Positions 39,193 through 49,769 of a stretch of 64,000 nucleotides of DNA are shown here, in pieces. The position numbers and the translations under genes are program-made. The stretch is taken from NCBI GenBank assembly GCA_040882355.1, contig JBBEBM010000054.1:1-64000 (forward strand), read 5' to 3'. The stretch is from Dehalococcoidia bacterium. Its GTDB lineage: Bacteria > Chloroflexota > Dehalococcoidia > DSTF01 > RBG-16-68-14. The notes under the pieces are model-generated. The model had not been told where the DNA came from. It made no database searches and saw nothing but the letters and a program-made list of their open reading frames with translations. The first letter of the stretch is position 1; each line of letters opens with the position of its first letter.

Positions 39193-39990
39193 ATGGGCAC
39201 TCGACGGACGCCGAGACGCGCGCAACCAGCTTCGCGTGCCATGCTGCTTTCCTTGAGCGCCGCTGCTGTCATCCTTGCGGCGGCCGCGTGCAGCGACGAG
39301 CAAGGCGGCAACTCGGAGGCAACCCCGACCGTTCCCGCCGTGACCGATCAGAAGAGTGCGCCTGGTGTCGAAGGGCGGGTAACGCTGAGCGGCACCCTGA
39401 CGCTGGATGACCAGCCGCTGGATGCCGAGTTTCGGGGCGCGCGGGTCATCCGCGACGGACTGCCGGCGGCCTGCCAGTCAACGATCTATCCGGTAGTGCG
39501 AGGGCGTTACGAGGTCGAGGTCGCTTCGGATGCCGAGGTGCGCGGCTGTGGCGCGCCTGGAGCCGAGATCGTGCTCTGGGCCTTCGCCAATGACGCGTAC
39601 GTCTTCAGTCAGCAGACGGTGCCATGGCCCGGGAGCGGCGCCGCAGCCACGTTCGACGCGAGCTTCTCCTCCACGGCGCCCCAGGGCGCGAGTCTGCCAG
39701 TCACCGAGTTCAAGGGCCACCTGTTCGATCGCGATGGGAGCGCACTGCCCAGCGGGACGGCGGTCGAGGCTTACATCGGCGAGGTGCGCTGCGGCGTCAC
39801 ATCGCTTCGATACGGGGAAGACGTCGAACGCTTCTACACCTTGATCATCGCCGGCCCGGAATCCATCTCCGGCTGCACGGAAGGCGCACGATTGACGTTT
39901 CGCCTTGACGGCGAAGCTGCCGCAGACACCGCAGTCAACGATCTCAAGGGCGGCAGTGAAGGTCACGAGCTGGACCTTACTGTGCAGTAG
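39193..39990 (+). CDS. Putative lipoprotein with two repeated Cys-pair domains
   Basis: Lipobox LAAAAC; two similar G..V.A....CG..Y...GC units. Confidence 0.7.
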   Translation: MGTRRTPRRAQPASRAMLLSLSAAAVILAAAACSDEQGGNSEATPTVPAVTDQKSAPGVEGRVTLSGTLTLDDQPLDAEFRGARVIRDGLPAACQSTIYPVVRGRYEVEVASDAEVRGCGAPGAEIVLWAFANDAYVFSQQTVPWPGSGAAATFDASFSSTAPQGASLPVTEFKGHLFDRDGSALPSGTAVEAYIGEVRCGVTSLRYGEDVERFYTLIIAGPESISGCTEGARLTFRLDGEAAADTAVNDLKGGSEGHELDLTVQ

Positions 39991-40650
39991 CGTCCCGAGC
40001 CACCGGACCGCGCGGCCACTGAGGAGGCGGGTCCCGAGCAGCGGTCCACCGACCAGCGGCCGGCAAAGCGGACGATCACTATGTCGGCCTGGCGTCATGA
40101 GTGAGGGATCTGGGACGCGGTCTCTCTTAGGTCTCCTTCCTCAGCTAACTGGCGGAAGTAGGGCCCACCCATTCTCTGAGATCTTCCTTCCGCCGGGCTA
40201 TTCGCCGCACAAGCCCTCGTCCTCGCGAATTGCCGTGCAACAATTCCGACGGCAGTAACCAGAAGGATCGCGAGCACATTGGCCCCGCTGCCGATAGCTC
40301 CTCGCAGAGCGAGCCTGTCATCGCCAGGCCAGCGAGGACGGCGAGGGACCCTGGCGCCTTGAGATTCACGCTCGTCACTGGACGCAGCTCGCCACCTCAT
40401 GCGCCAAGCGTGACGGTGCGGGCGAGATGGTAGACGCCTGCCGCTGCTCCTCCGGGTGGAGCAGCGGCGACGCCAATCGCACTGGCGCTCACGATATCGT
40501 TCCGACGGTCGTGGTTGCTAAGAAGCCCCCTCGGGCAACGTCGGCACCCGCAAGGCGGCGATCAGGCTGTCTTCTGCGATGGGAGCCACGGCCCGAATCC
40601 GACTCGACAGGGACAGTCGGCGGCACGGCGAAGGAGCCGGCGGCTGGTCG

Positions 40651-41622
40651 TTACTGGACGAGCGCCGGGGCGGGCACCTTCGCGCCGGCCATGCGGCCAG
40701 CCATCCTGCGTAGCGCGGTCCGATACACGCGGAGGCGGGCGAGCGCTCGCTGCGCCTCTGGCGATGACGGCGCGATCTCGTCAAGCTGCCAGGACGCGCA
40801 GACCTCTTCGACCACGTCCTGATAGAACTGCTCCGGCCCGAACACGTCGTGCGAAGCCAGATACAGGCTGCGTTCCGCGAAGTCCGCCATGACGTAGCCA
40901 GGCATCTGAAAGGCGATCAGCACCTTGGCGACCGGCTCCGCGTACTCCGGCTGAGCATCCAAGTGCGCCTTCACGACGTCCCGGTAAAACGAATAGTGCC
41001 GAGTCTCGTCCTTCGCGATCCTGCGCAGCGCCTGCGACAACGCCGGGTCTTCGCCCTCGCAGACGCGGGCCGTGTGATTGTAGAACGCCCGGGTCGCCAG
41101 CTCCTGGACGGTGGTGTAGACCATCGCCTCGAAGGGGGTGCTCAGCGCGTGGGACCAGCCGCTGGCCAGCACGGCCTTCCGGCGCGTGCCTCGCTCGGCG
41201 TGGTCGCCGTTGTCGGTAAGCAGCAGGTACGTCTCCAGCAGTGTGGAGTGCTGGTCTTCCTCTGAGGTCCACACGCGGACGAACTCCTGGAGGGGCTCCA
41301 GCGAATTCTGGAAGCCCTCGTACAGGACGGCAGTGTACCAGGGGAGGTTCGCCTCAGTGAGCAACGCCGTCTCCACCGCGGTGTAAGCAACCTCTGAGAG
41401 CGGCTTGTGGAGCTTGGCGGGCGCGTGGTAGGCCTCCAGCGGCAGGAAGTCGTGGTACGACCAGTCGATTCGCGCGGACGCCTTCTTATGTCGATCGAGC
41501 AGCTTCGCGATGTGCGGCTCAAGTGATGGGAGGAGGGGCGGGAGCGACGGAAGGCGGCTCTCTTCAGGCTTTCCTGCGCCAGCGCCTCGCGTGAATGTGA
41601 GCGTCTTGTCGGAGCTCGGCAA
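40651..41622 (-). CDS. Acyl-ACP desaturase-like ferritin-fold diiron protein
   Basis: TEANLPWY, WTSEEDQH, QELAT, IAKDETRH, FQMPG; TTG start after AAAGGAGG. Confidence 0.88.
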   Translation of the reverse strand: MPSSDKTLTFTRGAGAGKPEESRLPSLPPLLPSLEPHIAKLLDRHKKASARIDWSYHDFLPLEAYHAPAKLHKPLSEVAYTAVETALLTEANLPWYTAVLYEGFQNSLEPLQEFVRVWTSEEDQHSTLLETYLLLTDNGDHAERGTRRKAVLASGWSHALSTPFEAMVYTTVQELATRAFYNHTARVCEGEDPALSQALRRIAKDETRHYSFYRDVVKAHLDAQPEYAEPVAKVLIAFQMPGYVMADFAERSLYLASHDVFGPEQFYQDVVEEVCASWQLDEIAPSSPEAQRALARLRVYRTALRRMAGRMAGAKVPAPALVQ

Positions 41623-41801
41623 GCAACGACCTCCTTTTGACGTTTGCTCCTGGTCGTCGAGTGCGGTACGAGCGGTCGGCTGCGGCCGGTCGAAGACGAG
41701 GACTGTCTGAGAGTAGTGTACCAGGACTGCGATGTGCTTACAAATCCTTTCTTGGGATGTGCGTAAGCAAGTGCCCACGGCGACACCAGGCCAGAATGGG
41801 G

Positions 41802-42635
41802 TTACGCGGATCCGGTGACAGGCTGCCAGTAGCGGCGGCCCTCGCCGCGGAGCACGCGGCCGAAGGTGAGGCCTGGGAAATGAGCGGTCGCTAGGAGCGC
41901 GCCGCTCTCCTCGATCTCCCGAGCGACGGTTTCCTGTGTCCGACGAGCGAGCTTGCGGTCGACGTCGCCGAGGCCCGACCACTCCGCCTCTTCGAGCTGG
42001 GTCGGACAGCTTATCGCGTCGCCCAGAATGAAGGCGCGCTCGGCGCCAGACGAGCGCACAACGCCGGCGTGGCCCGGCGTGTGCCCTGGCGTGGCGATCA
42101 CGGAGACGCCGGGCGCCGGGGAATCGCCGTCGTTTGCCGGCTCAAGCTTGCCGCGGAGCGTCTCGAACATCGCGGGCACCGAGAGGGCCGTTCCTGGATG
42201 ATCCGACGACGCCCAGAACGCGTGCTCGTCGGAGGTCCAACGATAGACGTCGTTCGGGAACGCCGGCCGTGGAGCGCCATCCTCGCTCAGCGTACAGGTG
42301 CCGCAGTGGTCGACGTGAAGGTGTGTGACGAACACGGTATCGACGCCTTCCGGCCGGACGCTGGCCTCCGCCAGCTCGCCGAGCAACGCACCACCGCGGA
42401 ACGTGTACATCTCCTCCGAGCCGAGCCCGGTATCGATCAAGATCCGCCGGTCGCCGGAACGCACCAGCAAGCACGCGAACGAGAACTCGAGGTTGCCTTC
42501 GTGGTCGAGCCAGCGCTTGTGCGGCTCCCAGTGTTCCTCCGTCGTGCCCCGGTAATAGGCGGTCGCGGGAAACTTGGCGTAGCCGTCGGAGACGACGAGC
42601 ACGTCGAGATCGCCGATGCGAAACGCGCTGGGCAC
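41802..42635 (-). CDS. Metallo-beta-lactamase-fold hydrolase
   Basis: LIDTG, THLHVDH, TPGHTPGH, GD, HF. Confidence 0.9.
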   Translation of the reverse strand: MPSAFRIGDLDVLVVSDGYAKFPATAYYRGTTEEHWEPHKRWLDHEGNLEFSFACLLVRSGDRRILIDTGLGSEEMYTFRGGALLGELAEASVRPEGVDTVFVTHLHVDHCGTCTLSEDGAPRPAFPNDVYRWTSDEHAFWASSDHPGTALSVPAMFETLRGKLEPANDGDSPAPGVSVIATPGHTPGHAGVVRSSGAERAFILGDAISCPTQLEEAEWSGLGDVDRKLARRTQETVAREIEESGALLATAHFPGLTFGRVLRGEGRRYWQPVTGSA

Positions 42636-42648
42636 GGACCCGCCCGTC

Positions 42649-43437
42649 TTACGGCTTTCGAATGTACGCGACGCCGTCGTCGCTGGCGATACGGTGGGGC
42701 AGCCGGCGCTCGGCTAGGAACTCGTGAACTGCGACGGTGCAACCGTCCCAGTCGTAGTAGTCGTCGAAGATGACGAAGCCGCCCGTCGACACCTGATCGT
42801 AGAGTTGCTCCAGGCAGGTGCGCACGCTCGCGTACCAGTCGCAGTCGACGCGCAGCAGCGCTATCGGTCCGATGCGTTCGCGCGTCGCGGGCAGCGATTC
42901 ATCGAACCAGCCCTTGACGATCTCCGTGAAAGGTGCGAGGCCCAGCCCCCGAGCGCTGCGCTGCACGTCCTCCACAGGAACGCGGCAGTTGTCGAAGTAC
43001 TCCGGACTGTCCGTTTTCGCGATGTACGCGCGCGCCGGGTCGCCGTCGATCTCCTCCGGCGGTTGGTGCCCTTCGAACGAGTCGAACAACCACACTTTGC
43101 GGTCCTGCACGCCCTGGCGGCGCAGCAGGTCGGCGATGAGGAACGCCGAACCGCCCCGCCAGACTCCGCACTCGACGAAGTCGCCGGGTATGTCTTCCGC
43201 CAACGCCCAGCGCGCGTATCGCCCAAGCTGCAACAGAGACCGCTCCGCTACCATCGAGAGAGGGCGAACGCGATCCAGGGATGCGGCGAGGTACGATCGC
43301 TCCCGCCAGCGCCCGAACTGCTGCTGAACGAGCCAGCGCGCGTGGCGCGGCCCCCGCAGCGCAAGCTTCCCCAGCGCGCGCGCGCCGCCCGTCTTCGCCG
43401 GTAAGGCGCCCGAGGTGGACTTAGCGCTCAGGGCCAT
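42649..43437 (-). CDS. TylF/MycF/NovP-family O-methyltransferase
   Basis: GDFVECGVWRGGS, FDSFEG, KGWF, LRVDCDWY, DDY. Confidence 0.93.
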   Translation of the reverse strand: MALSAKSTSGALPAKTGGARALGKLALRGPRHARWLVQQQFGRWRERSYLAASLDRVRPLSMVAERSLLQLGRYARWALAEDIPGDFVECGVWRGGSAFLIADLLRRQGVQDRKVWLFDSFEGHQPPEEIDGDPARAYIAKTDSPEYFDNCRVPVEDVQRSARGLGLAPFTEIVKGWFDESLPATRERIGPIALLRVDCDWYASVRTCLEQLYDQVSTGGFVIFDDYYDWDGCTVAVHEFLAERRLPHRIASDDGVAYIRKP

Positions 43438-43445
43438 GCTCTTGC

Positions 43446-46400
43446 CTAGCCTCCGTCATGCACGATGTTGTCGAAGTTCGTGTCCCAGCCGTTCGTCGAT
43501 AGTATCGTCACGCTGGCGCACGTCCCGACCCAGCCTGTCGTTATGGTAACAACCTGGCCTGAGGCGACGTTCGTCACCACGTTCGGCTTGCCGGCGCACT
43601 GCAGGGTCACGGTAGTCGCGGGACCGCCGTTGGCCGCCTGGATGCTCACCAGCCGGCGCGGCGCGATGAACGTGAACGTCCCGCTCGTCAAGGCGGGCCC
43701 ATTGAAACCGACGCTCTTCGTCGCGAAGCCTCCGTAGGGCTCGGAGTGGAACCAGCCACCGGTGCCCCAGTTGATCACGCCCGTCGGGTACTGGCCGTTC
43801 AGTGGCAGGTTCTGCGTCGCAATGTCATCGAACGTCACCGTGGCGGCCCCGGGGAGCGGCGTGTTCGTCGGGGTCGCGCTGGGCGTCGTCGTCGCTGTAC
43901 GCGTCGGCGTTGCAGAAGGCGTCGGCGTCGGAGTCGCTGGCGGCGGCCCGCCCCCTGCGGAGTGGACGATGTTGTCAAAGTTGGTGTCCCAGCCGTTGGT
44001 CGACAGGACCGTCACCTGGCCACACGTCCCTGCCCAGCCCGTCACGATCGTTGTGACCTGGCCCGACGGGATGTTCGTCACCACGTTCGGGTTGCCGACA
44101 CACTGCAAGGTCACGGTGGTCGCCGGGCCGCCGTTGGCAGCCTGGATGCTCATGAGCTGTCGTGGCGTGATGAACGTGAACGTCCCGCTTGTCAGGCCCG
44201 GCCCGTTGAAACCAATGCTCTTGGTCGTGAATCCGCCGTAGGGCTCGGAGTGGAACCAGCCACCGGTGCCCCAGTTGATCACTCCTGTCGGATATTGACC
44301 GTTCAGCGGCAGGTTCTGGGTCGCAATATCGTCGAAGGTCACGGTTGCCGCCGGCACCGGTGTATTGGTTGGCGTCGGGGTGCGGGTGGCGGTCGGCGTC
44401 GCGGTAGACGTGGGTGTGCTCGTCACCTGCGGCGTAGCGGTATGCGTTGGCGTGTTCGTCGGCGTGGCCGTCGCCGTGTCCGTGGCCGTCAGGGTCGGCG
44501 TGGCGCTCGGCGTCGGCGTGTCGGTGGGTCCGGAAGGCGTGTCCGTAGCCGTCGCCGTGGGCGTGGGCGTGGACGTTGGCAGAACGGGCGTGTCCGTCGG
44601 ACTCGGCGTGACGGTAAAGGTCGGCGTCGACGTCCGCGTTGAAGTGGCCGTCGGCGTGCTGGTCTGTGTGGGCGTCACCGTCGCAGTGCCAGTCGCAGTG
44701 GCCGTGGCGGTTGTCGTCGCCGTAGCCGTGGCGGTGGGCGTGGGCGTCGGTGCGGCGGCGCTCGTGGCGTAGACTATGTTGTCGAAGTTTGTGTCCCAGC
44801 CGTTGGTGGACAGGACGGTCACGCTTCCGCACGTCCCAGCCCAGTTCGTGTTGATCGTCGCAACCTGGCCCGAAGGAACGTTCTGTACCACGTTCGGTTG
44901 ACCGGCGCATTGCAGGGTCACCGTGGTCGCAGGACCGCCGTTGGCCGCCTGGATGCTCACGAGGCGGCGCGGCGTGATAAACGTGAACGTCCCGCTCGTC
45001 AGGGCCGGACCGTTAAAGCCGACGCTCTTTGTCGCGAAGCCTCCATAGGGCTCTGAGTGGAACCACGCACCGGTGCCCCAGTTGATCACGCCCGTCGGGT
45101 ACTGACCGTCCAGCGGCAGGTTCTGCGTTGGGATGTCGTCGAAGGTGATCGTGGTCGTCGGCAGCGGCGTATTCGTAGGTGTCGCCGTCGCCGTGCGAGT
45201 CGGCGTCAAGCTAGGCGTGGGCGTCGGCCCACCCGGCGTGTCTGTCGGGCTCGCCGTGGCGGTCGGCGTGGGCGACGGCGTTGGTCCACCAATCGTCCCG
45301 TCACCGAACCGCAAGTCATCGAAGTTGACCTCCCAGCCGGCGGAGCTGAAGACCGTCACCTGAGAGCACAGGCCGGTCCAGCCGGTCAGGATGGTCATGA
45401 GCTGCAGAGGCGCAATGTTCACGTCGACGTCCGGCTGCCCGGCACACTGGATCCGCACGTTGCCGGTAGCCGCCGCGCCGCTGGTCGCGTCGATCGCGAC
45501 CAGGCGCTTCGGCGTCACGAAGCTAAATGTGCTGCTCGTGATGCCCGGCCCGTTGAAGCCTATGCTCTTCGTGATGAAGTTGAGGAACGGTCCAGAGTGG
45601 TACCACTGCCCGTTGCCCCAATTGATCACGCCGGTCGGGTACTGGCCGTTGAGCGGCTGGTCCTGACCCGCGATGTCATCGAACGTCACCGTGGTGACGG
45701 GAGTGGTGGTGAAGTTGGCGGTGATCGTGTAGCCGGCTCCCTGCCCCGTGTTGACGTTGTGCTGCTTCGCGCCTCCATCGGACCACGAAGAGAACACCGC
45801 TTCGGCGTCAGCGATCAGTTGGGGCGAGGTAACGCCGAGCGAACGCACCGAGTTGGCGACGGCGTCAAGCGTCACGGGTGTCTGGTATTCCACGCCGTTG
45901 TAGACGATCTTCAGCCGAGGCGGATTGGTCTCGAAGGTGATCGGCACCGTTTCAGCGTCGATGAAGGCGCGGCTCGTCCCGGTGAGCGGACCGAGGCCGG
46001 AGTCAGTCGCCGATGCGGCAAACTCGAAACGGAGGCCGTCGCCGTGCTCCGGGACGACGAACTGACCTCCCGGCTCTGGGTCCGTGGACTCGTCTTGATC
46101 CGAGATGAAGCCGTGGGGGTGGCAGCCGCCGAGGTCACAATGGTGGAGCGTGATCTGCCAATCGAGCAGCAGTTCTGCCAAGGGGTCATCCGGGTCGACA
46201 GCCGAGCCTGTGTACGTGATCAGATCGCCGGTCTTGAAGGTGGAGCCGTCAAGCGGCGCGTCGATGGTGACGATCGGCTCGCGGTTCCCAACGGTGATCG
46301 TCACCGTGTCCGAGTTCTGGCCACCCTGGCCGTCGTCGACCGTAAGCGTGGCGACGTAGATGCCATTCGTCGCGTACGTGTGGGCCGGATTGGCGGCGGT

Positions 46401-49400
46401 CGAATCCGTGGTGCCGTCACCGAAGTCCCAGAGATAGGTGAGCGGGTCCAAGTCCGGGTCCGACGACGCCGCGCTGGAGAACTGCACGTCCAACGGGGCC
46501 AGGCCGTTGGTTGGCGTGGCGCTCGCCAGGGCGAAGGGCGCGCGGTTCGCCGACGTGGAGCGGATGTGCCGGATCTCGGCGAAGCCAATGCTGACGTAGT
46601 AGACCTCGCCGTCCGGGCCTGTCTGGTAGGCCACCGGGTTATCGAGGGGATCGCCGAAGTCCTCAATCGAGATGAGGTTGTCGTTGGCATCTGTCTTCAT
46701 CTTCCACTGCCACGACTGGGGGTAGTCGCCGAAGATATAGACGTTCTGATCCGCATCGGGATAACTCGTCCCCCAGGCGCCGCCGACGACCGCGTTGCCT
46801 CCGCCAACGGTGTGCTGGAACGCGTAGAGAGGCGGCGTCACGGCACCGGCTCCCTGCTCGTAGAGCGACTCGCATGCGGGGTTGTCCTCGCCATCATATC
46901 CGGGCTGCTTCGGCGCGCCTTCGTAACACGGCCAGCCGAGGTTCACGCCCGACTTCACGACGTCGATCTCTTCCCAGGTGTTCCAGCCGACGTCCCCAAG
47001 ATAGTACGTCCCTTGGACCCCTGGCTTCTCGTTGATCCGGAAGGCGTTCCGCGTGCCATACGCGTAGACCTTCGACCGATTTGCGTTCGGGTTTCCATTC
47101 CAGAAGGGGTTGCCGGACACGCCTGTCCCGTCGAGATTGATGCGCAGCACCTTGCCCGAAAGCAGGTTCAGGTTCTGTGTGCGGAACGCGTCGTCGTCCA
47201 CGAAGTTGAAGTGCGCGCCGTCGCCGGTTTCGACGACGAGGTAACCGTCCGACGTAAACCGGACGTTGCCCACGCTGTGCGACGGACTGTCGGAGGGGAT
47301 GCAGTCGGCGCCCTCTGCGAAGTTGTTGCACGAACTACCAACGACGTTACCCAGGATGACGTCCTCGGACGCCGTGGACGCCGTGTCCCCGGTGACAGTG
47401 TACCGTGCCAACCGGCCCGTCTTTCTGGCGCCGTAGTCGCCACCGTCCTCGTAGGTATACAACAGATAGACGTATGGGTTGTTCGCGAAGTCGGGGTGGA
47501 CGGCCATGCCGATGAGGCCGTGGTCCCAGTAGTCATTCACGCGGTCCTGGATGTCGATGAGCGGCGTGGCGAGCACGTGCCCATTTTTGAAGACCCGGAC
47601 GATGCCGGACTTCTCGGCGATGAAGATCCGTCCGTCCGGCAGCAACTCGAAGGTCGTTGGGTCGACCAGATCGGGGTCTCCAGGTCCGGGGGCGACCTTC
47701 AGGTCTTCGAACCCAGCCGGCACTTGCGGTGGGTTCGCCTGGATCTGGGCCGAGTCCTCTTCTGACGCAGCCGGCTGCTCGACGGGCGCCGGAGCTCGCT
47801 GGAGGGCGGCCGGATCTCCGCTCCAGAGACAGCCGCGACCCGCAGCCTGGGCCTCAGCCTCAGCGGCCAGGTAACGATCGCGGTACTGGTGCTGCTCGTC
47901 GGACGCCCGCGCGAGGCCCGCGCGAATGAGGATCTCGCCGATGAGGTCGCCCTCCGGAGTAAACCCGTGGTAGAGACGAAGGCCCTCGGCGTCAAGATCA
48001 TAAGGCGCTTCTTGCTCGAGGTGGATCCCGCCTACGAGGCCCCAGTGGAACCCGATCGCCTCGCGGCCGCATGGCGTATTGCCCGGCGGCGCATCAACAC
48101 CGATATACCGGACGCCCCAGACGCTGCCCTGGAAGAACTCTATGCTGTCACCCTCGATCACGCGGGCAAACGGCAGGTCAAGTGATTGGACGCTTGGCGG
48201 GTACGACTCGATGCCGCTGAGGTCATCCTGCGGCGGCGCCGGAGTCGGTGGCGGCGCGCCCGGCAACGGCGGCACGCCACCGGCGAGGGCTTCGACGGCG
48301 GCAGCCGCGTCGATACGTCCCCAACCTGAGTCGCTGTCCCAGCCGGCCGGACCAATGTCAGTCGCCGTCGTTACCAGCAAGGCGCGCACGCCGTCCGGCG
48401 TGAGGTCCGGCTGCTCACCTAACAGGAGCGCTGCAACGCCGCTCACCTGCGGGGCCGCCATCGACGTGCCCGTCTTCAAGACGTCGCAGAACTGGTCGTA
48501 GCGGCCGGTCTGCGCGAGGACCTGCGCGGTCGCGCAGTAGCTATTCTGGAGGATGCCGTCGGTGAAGCCGTCGCCGTTCTGGTCGACGCGGTCATCTCCG
48601 CCGGGCGCGACAACGTCGAGCGCGGCGCCCCGGTTCGCGTAGTAGGAAATAGCGCCGTCGAAGCGCGACGCGCCAACGGCGATGGTCGTGGGATATGCGG
48701 CAGGGCAGCTCACGGCGCCCCCGCTGTTGCCCGAGGCTGCGATCACGCTGACACCGTGGCCGTTGGCATACTCCAGCGCCGGGTTCAGCCCGACGACTTC
48801 GGTGCAGTATGCGCCCGAGGCGTCTTGACCGCCCGTGCCTGGAAAGCCCAGGCTCATGTTGATAGCGTTCGCGCCGTGATCGACGGCGTAGTAGATCGAC
48901 TCCACGACGTTCGCCGTCGTCCCACGGCCGTCGGCGCCTAGCACCTTGAGCGGCATGATAGCGGCCGCTGGGGCTACGCCTGCCACCGCGTAACCGTTGT
49001 CCGCGTTTGACGCGATGCCGCTGGCCACGTGCGTCCCATGTCCGTGGTCGTCGTTTGCGTGATCGTCGTCGTCCGTGAAGTCCCAGGGCAACACGAACCG
49101 CGTGTCCGCAAAGTCGCGGCTCTGGGCGAACACTCTGGCGGTCTTAGGTTCCTGGTATGTCTCGTATGCGACGCCGGTATCGATCACCGCGACGACCACA
49201 CCGTCACCCTTCGCTGCCGCGCCGTCCCAGGCAGACTCCGCGTCTATCCCCGCGCCGGCGCCGTGGAGGTGCCACTGGTCCGCGTAGTGGGGGTCGTTAG
49301 GGACTCCCAGCGCCTGCGCGACCAAGTTCCGGCCCGCTTCCTGCACGGCGGGATTCGACCGTAGCTTCTCAAGGGCCGGCGCCACCTGGCTGTCCGCCAC

Positions 49401-49685
49401 GCGCAGCGTCACCAAGCCCGACAGCTCCTCGGCGCCACGAACCATGCCGCCCACGGAGCCGGCGATCTCCTCTATCTCGGCCGGATCGGTCCCCGGCTGA
49501 AACACCACGACCAGCTCGCCCGGGAGGCTTTGCTGCTCCCGGGACGTTCCGGCGACGTCCGTCTCTTCGAGGAGTGGGGGGTCGATCTGCGCCTGCGACC
49601 CGGCACCTGAAAGCGCCACGACCAGCCCGCCGAGGGTAGCAAACAGCAGCAACGCCGTGACTTGGAGGGAGCGAGTCGCTCGCAT
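43446..49685 (-). CDS. 2079-aa secreted multi-enzyme protein: S8 protease, SNase-like domain, PQQ glucose/sorbosone dehydrogenase-like propeller, PKD, four NGWDTNFD modules, PT linkers
   Basis: [83 protein letters not shown]. Confidence 0.9.
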   Translation of the reverse strand: MRATRSLQVTALLLFATLGGLVVALSGAGSQAQIDPPLLEETDVAGTSREQQSLPGELVVVFQPGTDPAEIEEIAGSVGGMVRGAEELSGLVTLRVADSQVAPALEKLRSNPAVQEAGRNLVAQALGVPNDPHYADQWHLHGAGAGIDAESAWDGAAAKGDGVVVAVIDTGVAYETYQEPKTARVFAQSRDFADTRFVLPWDFTDDDDHANDDHGHGTHVASGIASNADNGYAVAGVAPAAAIMPLKVLGADGRGTTANVVESIYYAVDHGANAINMSLGFPGTGGQDASGAYCTEVVGLNPALEYANGHGVSVIAASGNSGGAVSCPAAYPTTIAVGASRFDGAISYYANRGAALDVVAPGGDDRVDQNGDGFTDGILQNSYCATAQVLAQTGRYDQFCDVLKTGTSMAAPQVSGVAALLLGEQPDLTPDGVRALLVTTATDIGPAGWDSDSGWGRIDAAAAVEALAGGVPPLPGAPPPTPAPPQDDLSGIESYPPSVQSLDLPFARVIEGDSIEFFQGSVWGVRYIGVDAPPGNTPCGREAIGFHWGLVGGIHLEQEAPYDLDAEGLRLYHGFTPEGDLIGEILIRAGLARASDEQHQYRDRYLAAEAEAQAAGRGCLWSGDPAALQRAPAPVEQPAASEEDSAQIQANPPQVPAGFEDLKVAPGPGDPDLVDPTTFELLPDGRIFIAEKSGIVRVFKNGHVLATPLIDIQDRVNDYWDHGLIGMAVHPDFANNPYVYLLYTYEDGGDYGARKTGRLARYTVTGDTASTASEDVILGNVVGSSCNNFAEGADCIPSDSPSHSVGNVRFTSDGYLVVETGDGAHFNFVDDDAFRTQNLNLLSGKVLRINLDGTGVSGNPFWNGNPNANRSKVYAYGTRNAFRINEKPGVQGTYYLGDVGWNTWEEIDVVKSGVNLGWPCYEGAPKQPGYDGEDNPACESLYEQGAGAVTPPLYAFQHTVGGGNAVVGGAWGTSYPDADQNVYIFGDYPQSWQWKMKTDANDNLISIEDFGDPLDNPVAYQTGPDGEVYYVSIGFAEIRHIRSTSANRAPFALASATPTNGLAPLDVQFSSAASSDPDLDPLTYLWDFGDGTTDSTAANPAHTYATNGIYVATLTVDDGQGGQNSDTVTITVGNREPIVTIDAPLDGSTFKTGDLITYTGSAVDPDDPLAELLLDWQITLHHCDLGGCHPHGFISDQDESTDPEPGGQFVVPEHGDGLRFEFAASATDSGLGPLTGTSRAFIDAETVPITFETNPPRLKIVYNGVEYQTPVTLDAVANSVRSLGVTSPQLIADAEAVFSSWSDGGAKQHNVNTGQGAGYTITANFTTTPVTTVTFDDIAGQDQPLNGQYPTGVINWGNGQWYHSGPFLNFITKSIGFNGPGITSSTFSFVTPKRLVAIDATSGAAATGNVRIQCAGQPDVDVNIAPLQLMTILTGWTGLCSQVTVFSSAGWEVNFDDLRFGDGTIGGPTPSPTPTATASPTDTPGGPTPTPSLTPTRTATATPTNTPLPTTTITFDDIPTQNLPLDGQYPTGVINWGTGAWFHSEPYGGFATKSVGFNGPALTSGTFTFITPRRLVSIQAANGGPATTVTLQCAGQPNVVQNVPSGQVATINTNWAGTCGSVTVLSTNGWDTNFDNIVYATSAAAPTPTPTATATATTTATATATGTATVTPTQTSTPTATSTRTSTPTFTVTPSPTDTPVLPTSTPTPTATATDTPSGPTDTPTPSATPTLTATDTATATPTNTPTHTATPQVTSTPTSTATPTATRTPTPTNTPVPAATVTFDDIATQNLPLNGQYPTGVINWGTGGWFHSEPYGGFTTKSIGFNGPGLTSGTFTFITPRQLMSIQAANGGPATTVTLQCVGNPNVVTNIPSGQVTTIVTGWAGTCGQVTVLSTNGWDTNFDNIVHSAGGGPPPATPTPTPSATPTRTATTTPSATPTNTPLPGAATVTFDDIATQNLPLNGQYPTGVINWGTGGWFHSEPYGGFATKSVGFNGPALTSGTFTFIAPRRLVSIQAANGGPATTVTLQCAGKPNVVTNVASGQVVTITTGWVGTCASVTILSTNGWDTNFDNIVHDGG

Positions 49686-49769
49686 TGGTTGTGTTACTCC
49701 TTCACAGACAGTAGGTCGGGCCGCTTCCTGCGGCCCGCAGTTCTCCGAATGGTTAGGCCTTCTCCGGCA

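Noticed and set aside
39991..40650. Short ORFs in this intergenic stretch
   Set aside because: No motifs, RBS or coding-like composition I can support
44350..44760. Low-complexity tandem-like DNA
   Set aside because: Encodes a Pro/Thr linker; not CRISPR or an independent repeat
45057..47765. 902-aa plus-strand ORF and many other long antisense or alternate-frame ORFs
   Set aside because: Shadows of well-supported genes in high-GC DNA; no motifs
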